Source: Psammoneis japonica
Lineage: Eukaryota
Reading direction: 5' to 3'
DNA: 64,000 nucleotides
Assembly (NCBI GenBank): GCA_008632985.1
Contig: QPGO01000037.1
Span: 434,001-498,000 of the forward strand
Shown one piece after another: positions 59,611-64,000 of the stretch (within the stretch, counting starts at the first letter, position 1; each line of letters starts with the position of its first letter). The notes below the pieces were generated by a model. The model was not told where the DNA came from. It did not search any database and was given only the letters and a program-made list of their open reading frames with translations. A program made the translations under genes and the position numbers.

Positions 59611-59838
59611 GGTCATCTAGGGACCGTGGGCATCTTCAGTCGAATGTCAATGTGTCAACCGTGACTAATTCGTCTGTCGTGAATTGAAACCCTGGGCCGT
59701 CGGTCTGGACGTGATGGCTGAGATATCTCGATCAAACGGCGTTGCGCCGGGTCACGCGACGCCCTCCCGGATGCAATCCAAGGCTGGCAGGAAATCGGTT
59801 GTATAGAGCAAAAAAATCATTAGTGGTTATATGACACG

Positions 59839-61395
59839 TCATTGGCTAGCCGGCGCTGTATAGTTGAAACTTTCCTTAACACAAGTCAATAGAAGGTGTA
59901 GCTCGGAATCTCTACTCATTTGCCCGCATACAAAAGAAGTGGCAGCAAAATCAATCCAGTGAGGCCTGCCATCTACGCACACGACATTTTCTAGGCGTGC
60001 GTCGCCATGCAAGATGCCGCTACTGTGCAGGGCATTCAAAGAGTCAACGATGTCTTGCGGCACAAGCTTCGAATAGTGCTCTCCAACACTCGACAAAAGC
60101 AAAACAGCACCATCCGTGAACGCTTGAAATCCGTCCTCCTCCACACCCACAACATGACTTGGGCATTTTTCTTTTGCCGCAATCATTTTTTCTTTTTCGG
60201 ATTCCAGTCGCTCCACGACATCATTCCCTCCTCGCTTCACCGTAACTTTGAGAGCAATTTCCTTGCCGTCTGTCTCACGCTGTGCACGGAATACATACCC
60301 AAATGCACCGGCACCTAAAAAGGAATCTGTCCCAACATTCAGGTTAAAATACTGGCAAGCCTCGCACAAAACTCTTACCAACGGGGGTTGGCGAACAAAA
60401 TCCCGCAACAGCGTCCTGGATCCCTCTACAGTCCACCCACAGGTCTGAACACTTGAAACTGTTCCTCTTACAGTGTCGACTAGCCAGAACTTCTTTTTGT
60501 CAAAGAGGATCAGCCTTGTTGTCACAGCGCCATGTTTTCCGAAGCAAATGTGTTTTCCATAATTTATCACCTCGCCAAAACCTTCATTGCCAACATATTT
60601 CTTGGCCTCACAAGTCAGACCGATGAAATCACGAAGTCTCCATTGGGAAAGGACGCCAAATTTGTCTCCGCTTCTTCGCATTTCTTTCAACTTTGTGTCT
60701 TTCCCGCACTTGAATGGCGGTCTGGAATTGGCGATTGCAGGGTGACAGATAATCAAGTCTGGCCATTCGTTGTAAACGGTGGTTTCGGAACTGGTCTCAA
60801 TCCATTTGTACTCTTCTGAATTGAAAATGGCGTCGCTGGCTGTGCCTTTGGCAACATCTTCGAGATATGGCGTCAGGTAGGCGACGAGTTGATGCTCGTT
60901 GTCTGTCATAGATAGTTCGTTTTGCTGCTCTTCGGTGAGCACCCTTGCCTCGCCAGCATGTCCCTGAAAATCCTGAAAGCGATTCTCTTTTGTCAATCTG
61001 TCCTTTTCCAAATTTCCCACATGTGCCGGCGAGTACTGTGGCGTTGCTCTATCAGTTTTTACCGTTGCGTGATGTATTTCCTTCATCATCAGCTCCATCG
61101 AAGGTGTTGGGCTAGTAGCGGAGTTAGGGTGAAGCGACGGGCGCCCCCCGGTTCCCATTTGACGCCGGTCAACACCAGATTCTTGCGTGAATCTGTCTCT
61201 CTGCTGTTGCGGATCAAATGTGTACTTGCCGCCATCCTCAAGAGACTCGAAGCCCGATATTTCGTATCCGTCACCGTTGATCAAGCAACGAACCCCGCGC
61301 CCGTGAATCCACGTGCGGAACTCTCCATCATTGCTTAACATTGCTTTGATCTCTTCATCACTCGCATCTACTACTGTAATCCTCTTTGGCGCCAT
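59839..61395 (-). CDS. Crinkler (CRN/CR)-like protein: small N-terminal header + PD-(D/E)xK nuclease-like domain + protein kinase domain (518 aa, intronless)
   Basis: Header ends '...FESLEDGGKYTF' followed by a Q/P/S linker. 'WPDLIICHP...LTCEAKK' gives PD...ExK. Kinase motifs: 'FLGAGAFGYVF', 'IALKV', 'ILHGDARLENVV', 'WIDFA'. Confidence 0.8.
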   Translation of the reverse strand: MAPKRITVVDASDEEIKAMLSNDGEFRTWIHGRGVRCLINGDGYEISGFESLEDGGKYTFDPQQQRDRFTQESGVDRRQMGTGGRPSLHPNSATSPTPSMELMMKEIHHATVKTDRATPQYSPAHVGNLEKDRLTKENRFQDFQGHAGEARVLTEEQQNELSMTDNEHQLVAYLTPYLEDVAKGTASDAIFNSEEYKWIETSSETTVYNEWPDLIICHPAIANSRPPFKCGKDTKLKEMRRSGDKFGVLSQWRLRDFIGLTCEAKKYVGNEGFGEVINYGKHICFGKHGAVTTRLILFDKKKFWLVDTVRGTVSSVQTCGWTVEGSRTLLRDFVRQPPLVRVLCEACQYFNLNVGTDSFLGAGAFGYVFRAQRETDGKEIALKVTVKRGGNDVVERLESEKEKMIAAKEKCPSHVVGVEEDGFQAFTDGAVLLLSSVGEHYSKLVPQDIVDSLNALHSSGILHGDARLENVVCVDGRPHWIDFAATSFVCGQMSRDSELHLLLTCVKESFNYTAPASQ

Positions 61396-61749
61396 TGTAA
61401 ATACCGGTAGAAAGCAATTTCAACAGTAGAAAACGACAGCAGCAACAGTCGTGACATCTGACATCTTCTACCGGGAGTTGCATGAAATGTCGAAATTTTC
61501 GTTTTTCTTGGTTTTTCCCTATTTTTCGCGATTTTTCGTGACGAGAATTCATTTTATTCATCCCCTTGAACGTTGCATTATTTAGTGCTACCGGCATGCG
61601 AACGAACACCGACTCCAGATGGGGTCGAACGGCGAACGCGGCGATGGTTCGTTGATGATGCGAAACGAAAATCAGTTCCGTCCACCGTCACCGTGCATGC
61701 CATTGTCATCCATAAATCTGTTTTACCAGTCAATCTAAGATGAGATGAT

Positions 61750-64000
61750 GGTGAAGCTAATGCCAGCACATTTATTTTCAAAAAGAGATTGGAGTGATGG
61801 CACGCAACAAGTCCAGATTTGCAGCCAACTCCGCTCCGACACAAAACCATTTTCTTGTCGTGTCTTCGTGTGCTCCACCACAGATTCCCGGCACAATGGT
61901 TTCAGAACAATGCAGATTCAGAAAACAAGGGCACACAACAAGTGAGTGGGCAGGAACCCATGAGAAATGTTGCCTTCATCTTGAAGAAGGCCCCACAACT
62001 CGCACACCATGTCTTGCAAAGTGCTCAAGTGTGGCGCGAACCTGTGGCTCCAAATCCACTCCAATCTTGTCGGCCTCTGAGTGACTGTCCTTGCAAGACA
62101 ATCTACTGTGGCTCTGGGCAGGAGAAGTTGTGTGGTGAGTGATGCAGTCGTGTGTTGCACATTTGACATTTTGTGCTGTCATGCTAAAATGATTGCCACC
62201 GCGCCAGTGCCGCGCACCGGTGTTTTTGTTGCCGCAGGTGGATTGATGGTTCCATGCATCGGGTGGGGTTCTCATTTGTTTCCAACATCTAAAAACAATG
62301 TTTTGATGTCAGGCCTTTTAGAGAGATTCCCTTCGGGAATGCTTTTGGAACGCTTTTGGTGTGGCTCCGGAATGGTGGAAACACGGGAATGACGAAATGC
62401 CCATTTCGTCGAACAGCATTTCCATGTTGGAGCTGTTGGCGGTTGTCACAGATGTGGTTTAGTGTCAAACAATGCCAGCAGTTACAACACATCCTTGCAG
62501 CTCAACTTGTGGCCACTGCAACTCCAAATCATTGAGACTTCTGACAGCCGCTCTTTTCTCAGAGAAAATGGAAACGTGTTTTGACGGGTGCACCTTTTGG
62601 CAATGAATCCATCTAATCTGTTAAACTTTTACACTGCTGTGCCACACTCAAATGGTTCTAACTGTGGTGCACTGACAACAGCGCATCACATGTCTCATTG
62701 GCGAATTGACCGGCTCCAAAGTTTGATTTCCGCGTGAATTGGTGCATTTGAGAACGTTCTTGGAACGGTTTTGGAACACTTTTGGAACGCTTTTGGAATG
62801 GCATGCAAGGGAATCTTGAACGACAATGATCCAAAACAGTCCAGCCCTGGTCCCCCCCAAGAGGCCTTTTTTGGTTTTGGCGTTTGGAGCCATTTGGCGG
62901 GATTTGAATTTGAGGTCTGCACTGTCGCACGAAGTGATGAGGTTGAGACAGTCGTGACTGATTCAAATTGGAGTTCGGGATCAAGAAGGGAACTCAACGG
63001 CATCTTGCTCTCCAGTCGCAACATGCCACAATGTGCAGAAATGCCTGGACAAATGCTGTGCTCATGGCAACTCCCATGACATGTGTGTCCAGACATTGGA
63101 ATGTGCGCACAGTCTAAAATGAGCTGACGGGCAGGCACCAACAGAAGGAAGGTGTCGTCATCGTCGATCATCGCGCCATTTTGTCGTTCATTCAGTGTGC
63201 TTGATGTCACCAGCACACCAACCCAATTGAGCAAGTGGAGGTCATTTTTCATGCACAACATTGTTTTGACATTCTCGCTCTGGTGGGCTGTCTTCTCAAT
63301 GAGAAATTTCGGTGGGGTCTGGTGAAGACAATCCGAGTGGTGCAACGCCCGCATTTCCAGGGGCATTTTGTCTCAGCACCGATTGGAAAAAAAGACAACT
63401 GAGAAACCTTCCATGGAATTTCGACGTTTTGTGAAATCAAACAGAGTCTCAAATGCACAGGATTTGTCCTGCAGCTGAGTGCTTCGAATGTTGTGCATCT
63501 GTGGTGTGTCCCCTGGCAAAAAGCACAAGGATGTGTTTTCATCCCAGGTGAGAAACTTTTGGACACATCACGAGGTTTTCTACGTGTTTCTACATGAGAC
63601 GTACATTTAGCACCAAAAATCTCAGTAAAAAACGAGCTCCATGACAGCAAAAACACATTTTTCCATGTCTCGAACCACAAACCACAATTCGCGCAAACCG
63701 AAAATGGCACCATGCCGTCGCCATGAACTCGTCCATTCTTGCACCAACGGATGTTGTGACTGAGAAGGTGAGAATGCCGAGACAGGTCAACAAGACAACG
63801 CTCAATTGCGATGATGTGGTTGAAAATTTGATCTTTGTTTTTTGTTGTGCCTCATGGATGGCCTTTTGACTCGTGACATTTTTGATGCCTCTTTCTCTCT
63901 TCCTCAGCTTGCGAAGCAGGATTCTCATCAACGCGCTGCTCCATCTGCTTGACACCGGACACTGACAATGAAGAATGTTTCTATGACACGTTGCTGTGAT
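61750..64000. mobile_element. Third TpA-depleted transposon-derived block (CpG only partly lost), runs off the window; possible Ulp1-like protease remnant on the minus strand
   Basis: TA is rare and ORFs are nearly Tyr-free. Contains 11-bp subterminal-type repeats. Fragments 'SFFPIG...W', 'HHSDCL', 'CPGISAHCGM' are weakly reminiscent of the Ulp1 proteases carried by Mutator-like elements. Confidence 0.5.
62747..62801 (+). repeat. 11-bp tandem repeat TTTTGGAACGC (~5 units; second cluster 62332-62359)
   Basis: TTTGAGAACGT TCTTGGAACGG TTTTGGAACAC TTTTGGAACGC TTTTGGAATGG. Confidence 0.85.

Noticed and set aside
62332..62801. Short repeat arrays (also 8198-8641) as CRISPR
   Set aside because: There are no unique spacers or cas genes, and the context is eukaryotic.
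1..64000. tRNA or rRNA genes
   Set aside because: No cloverleaf or rRNA-like conserved sequence was recognised by eye. A covariance-model scan was not possible.

Overview
Eukaryotic nuclear DNA, most likely from a (pennate) diatom. The evidence is compact genes with ~80-125 bp GT-AG introns, RPL38, exportin-T, Uso1/p115 and a signal-peptide + 'AF' bipartite plastid presequence; the taxon is inferred, not searched. About 19 protein-coding genes are recognisable. Many carry single-base frameshifts that look like long-read consensus errors. Three blocks (~6.96-17.25 kb, ~54.4-59.6 kb, ~61.75-64 kb) are decayed transposon-derived DNA with a striking signature: TpA is almost erased together with CpG, and TpG/CpA are in excess. 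Surviving TpA sits mainly in YTAR context, and TpA loss extends further out than CpG loss. Paired repeats inside the blocks differ by TA<->CA/TG and CG<->CA/TG changes. This points to a RIP-like, repeat-targeted A:T->G:C mutator acting alongside ordinary 5mC decay, and is the best candidate for an undescribed system here. An intact, unmutated Crinkler-like PD-(D/E)xK nuclease-kinase gene sits between two mutated blocks. Also present: a young non-autonomous hAT element (17-bp TIRs, 8-bp TSD), a decayed piggyBac-like MITE, TA-hyper-rich CTAG/GTAG intergenic tracts, and a secreted LTD-LTD-Cys-rich-PhoX fusion. All assignments are by eye; no searches were run.
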